64,000 nucleotides of DNA from a virus (Duplodnaviria > Caudoviricetes), in the IMG/VR virus record IMGVR_UViG_3300025030_000042, one strand, 5' to 3'. Position 1 is the first letter of the stretch. The number at the start of each line of letters is the position of its first letter. Below, one piece after another: positions 41,040 to 50,654 of the stretch. The notes under the pieces were generated by a model, which saw nothing but the letters and a program-made list of their open reading frames with translations, was not told the origin of the DNA and did no database searches. A program made the translations under genes and the position numbers.

Positions 41040-41697
41040 ATTTATTCTTTCTCAAAAATCTTGCTGGATTTCCTACCCATATCTCTCCGTCTGGAATATC
41101 TTTTAAAGCTACAGAACCGGCGCCAACTATAGAATCCGCTCCAATATTTATATTTTGTCTTACCGTCGCATTTGCCCCAATCCAAGTATGCTTACCTACT
41201 TTTACATTTCCGCACAAAACCGCTCGTGGACCAATCTCCACACCATCTTCCAAAATACAATTGTGTTCCACAAGACATCCGGTATTCAAAATATTCCAAT
41301 CGCCAACTTTCGCTTGTTCGTTAACAATAACTCCCGGATGTATTTGTGTTCCTTTTCCGAGGAGTGAAAAAACAATAGCAGATTTGTGTTGAACTGTCAA
41401 TGGAGAAATATTATATTTTTGTTCAAAAAGTTCTGAAAGTTCTATTCGTCTTTTGGCGTTTGGATTTCCTATGGTAACAACAAAACCGCCCAACATAATA
41501 AAGACTTTTCTTTTTTTTCTATCCCATTCTTCTATTGTTTTATAAAAATCACAAGGAAACTTTGGTTTATTTCCATATTCATCAATAATCTGAAATGATG
41601 GATTTCCATATTCTTCTTCATCATTAACTATAATAGAATGAATAACGGTCGCTTGTCCCGTTCCGCCAAATAATAATATACTATATGGTCTACTCAT
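41032..41697 (-). CDS. NeuD/PglD/PerB-family sugar N/O-acetyltransferase
   Basis: LLFGGTGQA, VVTIGNPNAKRR, NTGCLVEHNC (catalytic EH), LbH repeats, GNPARF. Confidence 0.92.
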   Translation of the reverse strand: MSRPYSILLFGGTGQATVIHSIIVNDEEEYGNPSFQIIDEYGNKPKFPCDFYKTIEEWDRKKRKVFIMLGGFVVTIGNPNAKRRIELSELFEQKYNISPLTVQHKSAIVFSLLGKGTQIHPGVIVNEQAKVGDWNILNTGCLVEHNCILEDGVEIGPRAVLCGNVKVGKHTWIGANATVRQNINIGADSIVGAGSVALKDIPDGEIWVGNPARFLRKNKYV

Positions 41698-42445
41698 TTA
41701 CTTCCTCTTCTATTTTGATGCTTACTTGATATTTTTTGCCATCCTTATAAAAAAAAGATTTATTTCCAGGAACAGTCCTGGCTCTCATAATATTTATTAA
41801 ATCCACCGCCTTATATTCTTTATCAAGTTTTATTTCAGAATGTTGATCGAGTTCTTTCGCATAATGAAAAGTTCCATGTGAAGTATCTACTAGAGTTAGT
41901 GTATATTTTCCTTCCAATATATTTTTATATTGCCGGCAAAATAAATCTATCATTGTTTCAGCGCATTTATTATAAAGTTGTTCTCCATTTGTTGTTATAT
42001 CTTTTTGAATTTTCTGCTGAAATAATATTTGTCCACGATCGATCTTATCGTCAATAAAATGAATAGTGACACCAGAAGGAGAATCTTCAACTATATCCCA
42101 AAACCAATAATTACGCCCGCGAGAATATGGAATATATGAAGGATGTAGATTTATAACCCCTATTTTCATATATTCTATTACTCGTTGTTTTAAAATTGTC
42201 GGATACCATAAAAGAAAAAGTATATCAATATTTAATGATTTTAAGTATAAAACAAACTCTTTCCCGTTTATATCAATACCGCAAAAATATTCAATATTAG
42301 AATAATAGCAAAAATCTTTTATTTTATCTCTATATCCTTCATCCTTTTCATTTCCAATAACAAAAGATATTTTTCGTTCTTCCTGTCCCATAAATCTTAA
42401 AAGTTCATACCCAACATAATTGGAAGCACAAACGCCAATGTTCAT
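41690..42445 (-). CDS. Sugar N-formyltransferase (Fmt-like)
   Basis: INLHPSYIPYSRGRN, SGVTIHFIDDKIDRGQIL; C-terminal RART domain typical of dTDP-aminosugar formyltransferases. Confidence 0.88.
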   Translation of the reverse strand: MNIGVCASNYVGYELLRFMGQEERKISFVIGNEKDEGYRDKIKDFCYYSNIEYFCGIDINGKEFVLYLKSLNIDILFLLWYPTILKQRVIEYMKIGVINLHPSYIPYSRGRNYWFWDIVEDSPSGVTIHFIDDKIDRGQILFQQKIQKDITTNGEQLYNKCAETMIDLFCRQYKNILEGKYTLTLVDTSHGTFHYAKELDQHSEIKLDKEYKAVDLINIMRARTVPGNKSFFYKDGKKYQVSIKIEEEVNE

Positions 42446-43122
42446 TTATTTTCCTTTTCAAAAACTACATCGCACGAATTTCTTATTCTATATTCTTCCG
42501 GAAAGTTATTTTGATCATATGTAAAATATCTTATACTATCACTAAAAGAAGTCGGCATATATTCATTATTTCTCAAAAAACTATATATATCGCCAAGTCT
42601 TATAAAAAGATAAGGAATCTGTGTATCATCTTTCCAAGTTTGAAGTGTCAAATATGTTTCTTTTATGCTTCCAGCGGCAAAATCTTGAAATATCATTTTT
42701 TCTGGATTACATAAATCTATTACTTTTTGAAGTGCTACTTGATAGTTTTCAGAATATTGAAGCGCCGATTTCACAAAGAACTTATTTATTTTTATTTTTG
42801 GAATATCCGAATAAAACTCAACAACACCACTATCTTTTAAAAGTTCTTTTCCTCTTTCACATATTTTTTGTGTTTCAACTACAATATACTTTTTAACTTT
42901 TTTGTTTATTGTAAAATAACTTAATGCTAACGACCCGCCAAAATCCATAACGACATCATTATCTTCAATATTATTATTTAAAAAAGCATTTATATTCTTA
43001 TTATGTTTCAAAAACTTTGTCGTTTCCATTTCAACCCACTCGTTTGTTTCAAGAGTAGATTTTCTCGAATCTTTGATTTCATCTAAACTTTTATATATTC
43101 CATTCCAAATATATGTTGTCAT
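42442..43122 (-). CDS. Putative SAM-dependent methyltransferase (TIGR04325-like)
   Basis: VMDFGGSLALSY, IVVET, SALQY. Confidence 0.7.
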   Translation of the reverse strand: MTTYIWNGIYKSLDEIKDSRKSTLETNEWVEMETTKFLKHNKNINAFLNNNIEDNDVVMDFGGSLALSYFTINKKVKKYIVVETQKICERGKELLKDSGVVEFYSDIPKIKINKFFVKSALQYSENYQVALQKVIDLCNPEKMIFQDFAAGSIKETYLTLQTWKDDTQIPYLFIRLGDIYSFLRNNEYMPTSFSDSIRYFTYDQNNFPEEYRIRNSCDVVFEKENK

Positions 43123-43337
43123 TGAATAATGTCCAAGTTACAAGTCAATGTATATTCTTTATATGAAGTCCCCATCCAATAAACCAATACGGGTTTCCAA
43201 GCATTATCCCCACATTTAAGAACGACACCATATGTTTTATTATATTTATCTTTAACCAGAGATCCCTGTTTAATATCTATATAATCACATTCAAAATCTT
43301 TATATTGAACTATTGGATTTATAGATTTAATAATCAT
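43119..43337 (-). CDS. Small KVGDL-family protein (divergent), 72 aa
   Basis: IKQGSLVKD...YGVVLK...VLVYWM. Confidence 0.6.
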   Translation of the reverse strand: MIIKSINPIVQYKDFECDYIDIKQGSLVKDKYNKTYGVVLKCGDNAWKPVLVYWMGTSYKEYTLTCNLDIIQ

Positions 43338-43366
43338 TTTATTCCGTAAACAGTTTTATTGTTTCG

Positions 43367-44276
43367 TTAATCTTCCCACTTTACCACAACATTATATCCA
43401 TTTTGACGATACACTTCTTCTTTTTCTAAAGTTTCTTGATAAACATCTTTATTTAATTTTCCAATTACAGGATGAATTTCTTCTAAATTTAAAAAATTTG
43501 GATGAGCATGCCAAAATTTTCCATGAAATAAAAAAACTGTATTAGCGATTAAAGAAAAACCATCGGCACATAATCTTTTATATTTTCCTTTTTCGAGTTT
43601 TAAATGTTTTTCTCTTTCTAAATCAGAAAATTAATTTCTATTTTATCCAGCCACTCTTGTGATGGTTTTGAAATATGAGCAGAACTACACCTTCGACAAC
43701 CATATCTTATTGTTTTTGATAGATGTGAGTTTGGAGTTATCCAAAATTCTCCGTGTCTCAAACACATAAGACAAACTTTAGTATGATTATTAACATATTT
43801 AACTTTAGAATATTCAAACATATTTCCATATTTATTAATTGATTTTTCTATAAATTCCTCCTTATTGGAAACTTTTATTTTCGATAAATATTCATAAGCA
43901 CATTTTTTACAACCTTTTCCATTTAAATGATCATATGGAAGTTGTTCAAAATATTCATGTTTTTACATCTAATCAACACTTTACAATGTGCAGTTTTATA
44001 ATCAACTAACGAATAATCATATCGATCGCCATGAATATTATAGGATTCTAAAATAAATTCATCTCTAGTTTTTTTATCTTTATCTTGCGCGCATTTTTTA
44101 CAACCATTTCCATATAAATGAGCAGACGCTCGTTGAAAAAATACTCCATGTATTTTACAAATTATATTGATTTTACTATCAGTGTTTATATATACACTTT
44201 CAGAATAATCATATTTATCACCATAAATATTTTTTGCTTCTTCAATAAATTGTTGAATTGTTTTCTTTTTTACCAT
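43367..44276 (-). pseudogene. Frameshifted homing-type endonuclease (DUF723-like Zn repeats + Vsr/DUF559-like nuclease domain)
   Basis: Three YDY...I.C..HG.F......HL..GC..C repeats and C-terminal ADG...FHGKFWHAHP...GYNVVVKWE. Adding one base in each of two homopolymers (43960-43964; 43627-43630) restores a single ~303-aa frame; track ORFs 43923-44276 and 43618-43821 are fragments. Confidence 0.85.
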
Positions 44277-45169
44277 TAACTCAAATTTTTTAATAATCTT
44301 AAAGTTTTTTTAATTTCATTTTCAAGATTTTCTTTTGGTTTATATCCAAATTTTTTAATTTTATCAAAATTTACTTTATATGAATATTGATTTAACAATG
44401 GTGTATCAACAAAATTTAATTGTGTATTCAAATTATATTTCTTTATAATAGAAACAATATTATCGAGTCTAAAATTATCCGTTAAAACATTATAAATTTC
44501 ATTTTTTTTTACTTTATCTAATAATATTAATTCAATGACTTGACAAAGATCTTTTAATCCTAAATAGGGACGATACATTGTATAATTTTCAGAAAAAATT
44601 GTTAACGGAATATTTAAACTTGCTTGCCAACAAAACTTATTAATACAGGTTTGAAAGCGTATACCAGATGAAACACCAAAAATTGTAGCCAATCTCAAAA
44701 TAATATAATTCTTAATATTTTCTTTTAAAAAATTTTCAGTTTGATATTTTGTAATAGCATAAGGAGATTGGGGAGATATTATTCCGTTTTCATATACAAT
44801 TTCCTTATTTTTCCCATATACCGAAGTGGTAGAAAACATTATTATTCTTTTATTTTGTATTTTTTTAAAAAATTCAATTGTCTTGTAATAGTTTTCTTCC
44901 CAAACAAATTTTTCATTTTCAAAACTATTTGGAGCATCAACAATATTTGCTAAATGTAAAATTACATCTATATTTTGTAATTCCTCATCTGTTAAATCAA
45001 TATAATCTTTTAATAAAAACTTAAAATTTTTTCTTTTTAAATTGAATAGTGAACAATATCTTTGTGTTAATAAATTATCTACTCCGACAATATTATATTT
45101 CTTATCTAAATTTCTAATTAAATAAGATCCCAAATGCCCGCAAACGCCTGTAATCATTACATTTTTCAT
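44276..45169 (-). CDS. NAD-dependent sugar epimerase/dehydratase (extended SDR)
   Basis: ITGVCGHLG, STTSVYG, YAITK (YxxxK), LRLATIFG. Confidence 0.88.
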   Translation of the reverse strand: MKNVMITGVCGHLGSYLIRNLDKKYNIVGVDNLLTQRYCSLFNLKRKNFKFLLKDYIDLTDEELQNIDVILHLANIVDAPNSFENEKFVWEENYYKTIEFFKKIQNKRIIMFSTTSVYGKNKEIVYENGIISPQSPYAITKYQTENFLKENIKNYIILRLATIFGVSSGIRFQTCINKFCWQASLNIPLTIFSENYTMYRPYLGLKDLCQVIELILLDKVKKNEIYNVLTDNFRLDNIVSIIKKYNLNTQLNFVDTPLLNQYSYKVNFDKIKKFGYKPKENLENEIKKTLRLLKNLS

Positions 45170-45172
45170 ATA

Positions 45173-45541
45173 TCACCAAGTTTCTCCAAAATGCCCCGGT
45201 TCTACTTTTTGTTCATCTGCCGGATCATATTTCCTATCAATATAATACATCATTATTGTATCATCTTCAAGAGCGCAATATCCGTGCCACATATAAACTG
45301 GTATATTTACCGACTCACCTTGTTTTAAAATGACCCATTTCACTTGTTTTTCTGGATTAAGATTATCTACAAGACCTACTTTTAAAGAACCTTTAAGACA
45401 GACCCATTTTTCATTTTGTGTCGAATGAATTTTAAATGCGTTTTTTTTATCTTTCTTCGGAAATGTAACATTTATTTGAATATTATGAATATCCACAACA
45501 TCGTATAAACGCAACCCTTTCTCATCTTCAAATCTATTCAT
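45173..45541 (-). CDS. RmlC-like cupin (dTDP-sugar 3,5-epimerase/isomerase family)
   Basis: RFEDEKG, H..QNEKWVCLKGSLKVGL, IPVYMWHGY. Confidence 0.8.
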   Translation of the reverse strand: MNRFEDEKGLRLYDVVDIHNIQINVTFPKKDKKNAFKIHSTQNEKWVCLKGSLKVGLVDNLNPEKQVKWVILKQGESVNIPVYMWHGYCALEDDTIMMYYIDRKYDPADEQKVEPGHFGETW

Positions 45542-45542
45542 C

Positions 45543-45710
45543 TTAACATACCTTTGTTAGATTATCTACGTGGCATATCCAAAATTTGGATATACTTAAA
45601 AAGTATACATCATAAAGATCACTAAAAATATCTTTTTTGAGAATAATCCCAACACCCGATAATCGTACGCCGTCAACCAATTCATAATAAACTAAATCAC
45701 CCGTTTTCAT
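45543..45710 (-). CDS. Small KVGDL-family protein, 55 aa (not in ORF track)
   Basis: Manual translation MKTGDLVYYELVDGVRLSGVGIILKKDIFSDLYDVYFLSISKFWICHVDNLTKVC; fills the gap exactly. Confidence 0.75.
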   Translation of the reverse strand: MKTGDLVYYELVDGVRLSGVGIILKKDIFSDLYDVYFLSISKFWICHVDNLTKVC

Positions 45711-45891
45711 TGATGTTCACCTTTATTAAGTTATCCCGATGACACAACCATATTTTTGATATTTTATTATTAAAAAAATACACTTTATAAAGCCCATATA
45801 CATTCATACTTAACATCAATCCAATAGCATTATTTTTTATAAGGTTAATATTATTTTTATTTTTATATACAACCAAATCGCCTACTTTCAT
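45697..45891 (-). CDS. Small KVGDL-family protein, 64 aa
   Basis: MKVGDLVVY...IGLML...YKVYFF...WLCHRDNLIKV; tandem paralogue of 45543-45710. Confidence 0.78.
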   Translation of the reverse strand: MKVGDLVVYKNKNNINLIKNNAIGLMLSMNVYGLYKVYFFNNKISKIWLCHRDNLIKVNINENG

Positions 45892-47159
45892 AAATCTTCT
45901 TTACCAATAATACGAATCTCTGGAATATATTCAATAAACTTGCCTCCACGATCCAAGAAATCTTTTTCTTTTTTAAAGATTTCTTCTCTAAAGTTCCAAG
46001 CAGACAACAAATAATAATCCGGAACAATCTCTTTTTCTTTTAACTGTTCCGGGGAAACAATCGGAATACTTTTACCTGGCGAATATTTCCCCTGTTTCTC
46101 TGGGGTTGTATCAATAATATATGGCACCAAACTTTTTCCAATATTACAATAGTTATAAACTACTGTGCTCTTGCTGGTTGCTCCATATCCAACGACATTT
46201 TTTTTCCCTTTTTTTAAAGCAATCAACAAGTGAACAAGTTGTCTTTTATTTCTTCTCACGCCGGCAGCAAAAGAAACATATGTTACATATTTTGTTATTC
46301 CGAAATCTCGTTCTTCAAATATCGCATCCGCTACGCTACCATCAACATCTTCTTTTAATTTTTGTGATTCTTTTTTGACGGCATAAAACCTATTTGAACC
46401 GCCGTGCGTATTGACTTTTTCTATTTTATGTATTTTCATTCCCGCGCGATCCAAAAATACCTTCATCGAGTGGGCACAAAATAGATAAGCGTGTTCGTCA
46501 TATATTTGTTCATATGAACCAAGTTTCAACATTTCCAAAAGCGACGGATCCTCAAAAATAAAAACTCCATCATCATTCAATACTTCTTGAACACTTTTAA
46601 ATGCTTGATAAAGTCTGGAAATATGACACATACAGTTGGCAGAATAAACGACATCAAACTTGCCTTGTTCTGTCAACATTTTATCTTTCAAAGGCTCATC
46701 CCAGAACTCACTATATGTTGTGTATCCAAGTTCTTGCGTGATTTTGGCAAAGTTACCACACGGTTCTACAGCAACTACCTCTTCTGGTGTAAAGTTTTTG
46801 ATAAAAATTCCATCGTTTGAACCAACTTCCATAACTCTTTTTGGAGAAAACTCTTTTTTTATTTGTTCCGCAACTCTTTTGAAATGTTCTCGCATTGTGT
46901 TGGACATAGAAGAACGATAAGGATAATGATCGTGAAATAACATTCGTTTATCCGGAATCATTCCCAGAGCGACCAAACAACTATCTGGATCGAATGTGGC
47001 ACTCAAATTAAATCTAAACTCATAATCCGGATATTGCCCGATTAAAAATGCGTTTGCTAACGGTTGTAATCCAAGTTCTATAAATGTTATTCTTTCTCTT
47101 TGATGATTTTTTTCAAGTTTTACGCTACCGCCGAGTCTTTTTTTATCTGTAGTAATCAT
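45888..47159 (-). CDS. NDP-hexose C-methyltransferase (Methyltransf_13/14 architecture)
   Basis: LGLQPLANAF, YPYRSSMS, VMEVGSNDG, IYDEHAY, THGGSNR, GYGATSKSTV, DTTPEKQGKYSPG; start reassigned to ATG at 47159. Confidence 0.92.
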   Translation of the reverse strand: MITTDKKRLGGSVKLEKNHQRERITFIELGLQPLANAFLIGQYPDYEFRFNLSATFDPDSCLVALGMIPDKRMLFHDHYPYRSSMSNTMREHFKRVAEQIKKEFSPKRVMEVGSNDGIFIKNFTPEEVVAVEPCGNFAKITQELGYTTYSEFWDEPLKDKMLTEQGKFDVVYSANCMCHISRLYQAFKSVQEVLNDDGVFIFEDPSLLEMLKLGSYEQIYDEHAYLFCAHSMKVFLDRAGMKIHKIEKVNTHGGSNRFYAVKKESQKLKEDVDGSVADAIFEERDFGITKYVTYVSFAAGVRRNKRQLVHLLIALKKGKKNVVGYGATSKSTVVYNYCNIGKSLVPYIIDTTPEKQGKYSPGKSIPIVSPEQLKEKEIVPDYYLLSAWNFREEIFKKEKDFLDRGGKFIEYIPEIRIIGKEDL

Positions 47160-48115
47160 TATTTTAGTGTCTCCCACATATCCAATACATCTTGTGTCGC
47201 TTTTACGATTTCTTTATGTTGTGGTTCTGGGAGTGGCATTAAAGGCATTCGTTCATTTCTACTCATTAATCCACAATATTCTAAAGAAGAACGCAAAGAA
47301 ATATGCCAACCGTATTTCTTGGCAATCTTCAAATACGGCTGTTCTATATTTTCAACTATCTGTTTACATTTTTCTTTATTGCCTTCCTGATATGATTTGT
47401 AAAATGTAGTAGATATTTCTGGAGCAAATGATCCAACGCCTATTAAATATGATTGAGCCCCATATGGTTCACTGTTCATATATTGTTCTTTTGCGCGACC
47501 TGAAACAAGTATAGCAAGTTCGTCTTTCAAAGATTTAATAATCTCTTTACTATATTCATAATCTTTTGAATCTTCTTTTAACGCTATTACATTATCTATT
47601 TGAGCAAGTTTTTTAAGTAAATCAATGGGATATGGAATACGAGCACTGGAATGAGTATTTAAATGATCTGCGTGTATCAAAATACCGATATTAGAAGCAC
47701 TTTTAGCAACAAGTTCATAATGTTTCAAAACTTGTTCTTCAAAGTGATATCGCTCACTAAAAATAAGTGAAATGGCATCGGCACCATATTCACTCGCATT
47801 TTGAGCAAAATCACGACTTACTGTCGTTCTACAAGCAAGAGGATCCGCTACTATGACAACGCAATCATTATATTTCTTTTTAATATATTTAGACACATAA
47901 AGATTTAATGTATCTATTTCTTCGTTTTCCAACAAAGTAAATCTTGAAGAATAACACATTGCGTAAAAAACGCGAGCGCCATCTAAATAAAGAAAATCAA
48001 TATAATCAAACAAAACATCGTAATCTATTTCTTCATCATCTTTAAATGGCGGTATTATAGGAAATATCGGTCCTTTGATTTTATTTTTTAGTTCTTCAAA
48101 CTTCGTTGGTTTCAT
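47159..48115 (-). CDS. DHDPS/N-acetylneuraminate-lyase-family class I aldolase
   Basis: PIIPPF...EIDY, GADAISL, VIALKEDS (Schiff-base Lys), RMPL. Confidence 0.8.
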   Translation of the reverse strand: MKPTKFEELKNKIKGPIFPIIPPFKDDEEIDYDVLFDYIDFLYLDGARVFYAMCYSSRFTLLENEEIDTLNLYVSKYIKKKYNDCVVIVADPLACRTTVSRDFAQNASEYGADAISLIFSERYHFEEQVLKHYELVAKSASNIGILIHADHLNTHSSARIPYPIDLLKKLAQIDNVIALKEDSKDYEYSKEIIKSLKDELAILVSGRAKEQYMNSEPYGAQSYLIGVGSFAPEISTTFYKSYQEGNKEKCKQIVENIEQPYLKIAKKYGWHISLRSSLEYCGLMSRNERMPLMPLPEPQHKEIVKATQDVLDMWETLK

Positions 48116-48764
48116 TATATTCCTCTTCGGGTAAATGTTTCCAAGATTCTCGATTTATTATTTTACCTATCAAACATTTTGTAATTTTATGTTTATATTC
48201 TTCATATAAATCGCTATATGAATAGCCATTTTTAAATTTTCTTCTAATATCTAAAACTTCTTCGGGGGTTAATTTTGAATGAAATCCGCTTTCTCTTATT
48301 TTACCCCACATAGGATTATTTTTTCCAGAAACATCATGATGATTTTGACTTATTTTTTCTTTTGTTTCTTCGGTGTGCTTTTTGCCATAAAATGGATTTT
48401 TTTCTCCCTTGAGTGATTCGCTTATTTTCTTTTTTGTTTCTTCGCTAATAATTTTATGACCATTTATGATTCGCTCAATATTATATCCATATCTTTTATC
48501 CCAAGATTTTTTATCTTCTATCCAAAATTGTTCTGCTTCTGCTAAAAAATTTTCACAAACATATTCTATTATTTCAAATACAAAATTTTGTTTACCATAT
48601 TTATCCCAAGCACTTTGAAGATGACAAGAATTTCTTTTCCATTTAAAGTCTATTTTATGCCAAGTCCATCGCTTTCCAAAATTAACAGTGCTTCCAATAT
48701 AAATTTTTCCATTTATTAAATTTCTTATTTGATATATACCACTTTTTAGATTATGACCTATCAT
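48096..48764 (-). mobile_element. Free-standing GIY-YIG homing endonuclease with NUMOD3 repeats
   Basis: SGIYQIRNLINGKIYIGST; SEETKKKIS..KGEKNPFYGKKHTEETKEKIS. Confidence 0.93.
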
Positions 48765-48770
48765 CTTGTG

Positions 48771-50654
48771 TTATAATATTCCTTTATATTTTTTTAAATA
48801 ATGTAATCCTTCAAATATTCCAACTCCAAAATTATTATGTTGTTGCCAAATTTCCGTAATCCAGGAAAAATCTTTATCTTTTAAAACTTCTAAAACTTTA
48901 TCAAAATCTATCGTTCCATCTCCAAATTTTAATCCTTCTTCGTTTATATTTTTTGCGTCACTTATATGTAAATGTTGAATAAACGGCTTAACTTTTTGGG
49001 TATATTCTATCAAATCTTCTTTTGCCCAGTTACAATAAAGAGCACTATGACAAACATCATAACACATTTTCAGATTCAAAGCAACACAAAAATCTATCAT
49101 ATGTTCTGCTTTTGTAAAGGCATATTGTGTCCAGTGTCCCGAAAAATACCATGGAAATTTTGGAAGCGATTCTGGCAAAATATTTATTTGTTCTGAAGAA
49201 CAAGACAGTCTCTTGAAATTTTTAATTGCCCTTTCCATCATATCATCTTCATATTTTTCTAATCCCTTTTCTAAACTCATTCCTCCCACATGAACAACCA
49301 CAGAAGGAATACCTTTAAATCTTTGTCCTATTTCTATTGTTTTGTCAATGGTCTTTTGTATTATTTCGACAGATTTATCAACCACATTTTTATCTAAAGA
49401 ACAAAAATCCACCAAAGTTCTATCTACAATTTCCGGAGCATGTATAATAAGTTTTGAGTTTTTATTACTACCTTTAAAATTTATATTTAAATCATTAGAA
49501 GAACAATGAAACTCTATAATTTTAGCATCAATTTGTTTATATTCCTCATAATCGTGAAAACGACATTTTATTCCATAATCCTTTTTAAAATTAAACTTTA
49601 TATTTTTCCAATCTGGAATATCATTACTAAAATCTTCTTTACAAATATATTGTTCTTTTTCTATGTCTCGTTTAATCTCTTTCCCAAAATATTCTTCAAT
49701 CTCATGAGGAAATATTCCTTTTCCCGGAGATTTCCATTCAATTAATTCTTTTATTAATATTGTGCCTTTTTTAATTTTTTTTATTGCCACCGCAGATTTG
49801 GCAAATACTTCTTTATTTAATTTTTCAGCTACATTTACTTTTTTATTACAGTGAAATGATTTTTCAAAATTACGAATATTAGATACCATTTCTTTAAATT
49901 CATTAGGTAACAATGATGAAGAGTGATCTGGTCCTGATTGATTTTTGTTTAAAGTAATATGTTTTTCTATTATTCTTGCTCCTAAAGCAATTGCTCCTAT
50001 TGGAAGAAAAATCCCCGGATCGTGAGATGAGAGTCCTACAACATTTTGTCCCTCTTTTACTAACTCTTTTAAAAATTCAATAAATTTTATTCCAATATCA
50101 GCATAATCGCAAGGATATGTGCTATTAGTTAATAATAAAGCAAAATTTATAATATTATGATCATAATAATAATCAACACATTTTATAATTTCTTTTTGAT
50201 TCCATGTGCCCGTGGAAATAACCAGAGGCAGTCCATACAAGTTACATTTTTTAATCAACTCGTAGTTCACCATATCGGCAGACGAAATCTTAAATGCCTT
50301 CACGCCAAGATTATAACAAAACTCTGCCGACTTTAAATCAAACGGGGTTATGATAAGATCAATATTTAAATCATTACACTTCTTTTTAATAACCGAATAA
50401 TCTTCTTCAGAAAGTTCAGTTTCTTTTAGAATAGGAATAATATAGTCAAAATTCCACTCGGCGGCGTTGCTATCTTCCAATATTTTTTTTGTATAAATCT
50501 CTTCAAGGTTTCTTTTTTGAAATTTGACGGCATTAACACCAGCATTTTTTGATATTTCAATAAGGTCCAATGCTGTTCCAAGATCTCCATTATGATTTAT
50601 TCCAATCTCGGAAATGATGTAAACCTCTTTTCTTATTTGATCAAAAAAACTCAT
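48771..50654 (-). CDS. neuB: N-acetylneuraminate-synthase-family protein (NeuB + SAF) fused to C-terminal xylose-isomerase-like TIM barrel, 627 aa
   Basis: IISEIGINHNGD, AVKFQKR, FKISSAD, STYP, GLSSH, IIEKHITL, DHSSSLLP; C-terminal IIHAP, VVHVG, CYDVCH, HLHISDA...G...GDG.IDF, ITEI. Confidence 0.9.
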   Translation of the reverse strand: MSFFDQIRKEVYIISEIGINHNGDLGTALDLIEISKNAGVNAVKFQKRNLEEIYTKKILEDSNAAEWNFDYIIPILKETELSEEDYSVIKKKCNDLNIDLIITPFDLKSAEFCYNLGVKAFKISSADMVNYELIKKCNLYGLPLVISTGTWNQKEIIKCVDYYYDHNIINFALLLTNSTYPCDYADIGIKFIEFLKELVKEGQNVVGLSSHDPGIFLPIGAIALGARIIEKHITLNKNQSGPDHSSSLLPNEFKEMVSNIRNFEKSFHCNKKVNVAEKLNKEVFAKSAVAIKKIKKGTILIKELIEWKSPGKGIFPHEIEEYFGKEIKRDIEKEQYICKEDFSNDIPDWKNIKFNFKKDYGIKCRFHDYEEYKQIDAKIIEFHCSSNDLNINFKGSNKNSKLIIHAPEIVDRTLVDFCSLDKNVVDKSVEIIQKTIDKTIEIGQRFKGIPSVVVHVGGMSLEKGLEKYEDDMMERAIKNFKRLSCSSEQINILPESLPKFPWYFSGHWTQYAFTKAEHMIDFCVALNLKMCYDVCHSALYCNWAKEDLIEYTQKVKPFIQHLHISDAKNINEEGLKFGDGTIDFDKVLEVLKDKDFSWITEIWQQHNNFGVGIFEGLHYLKKYKGIL

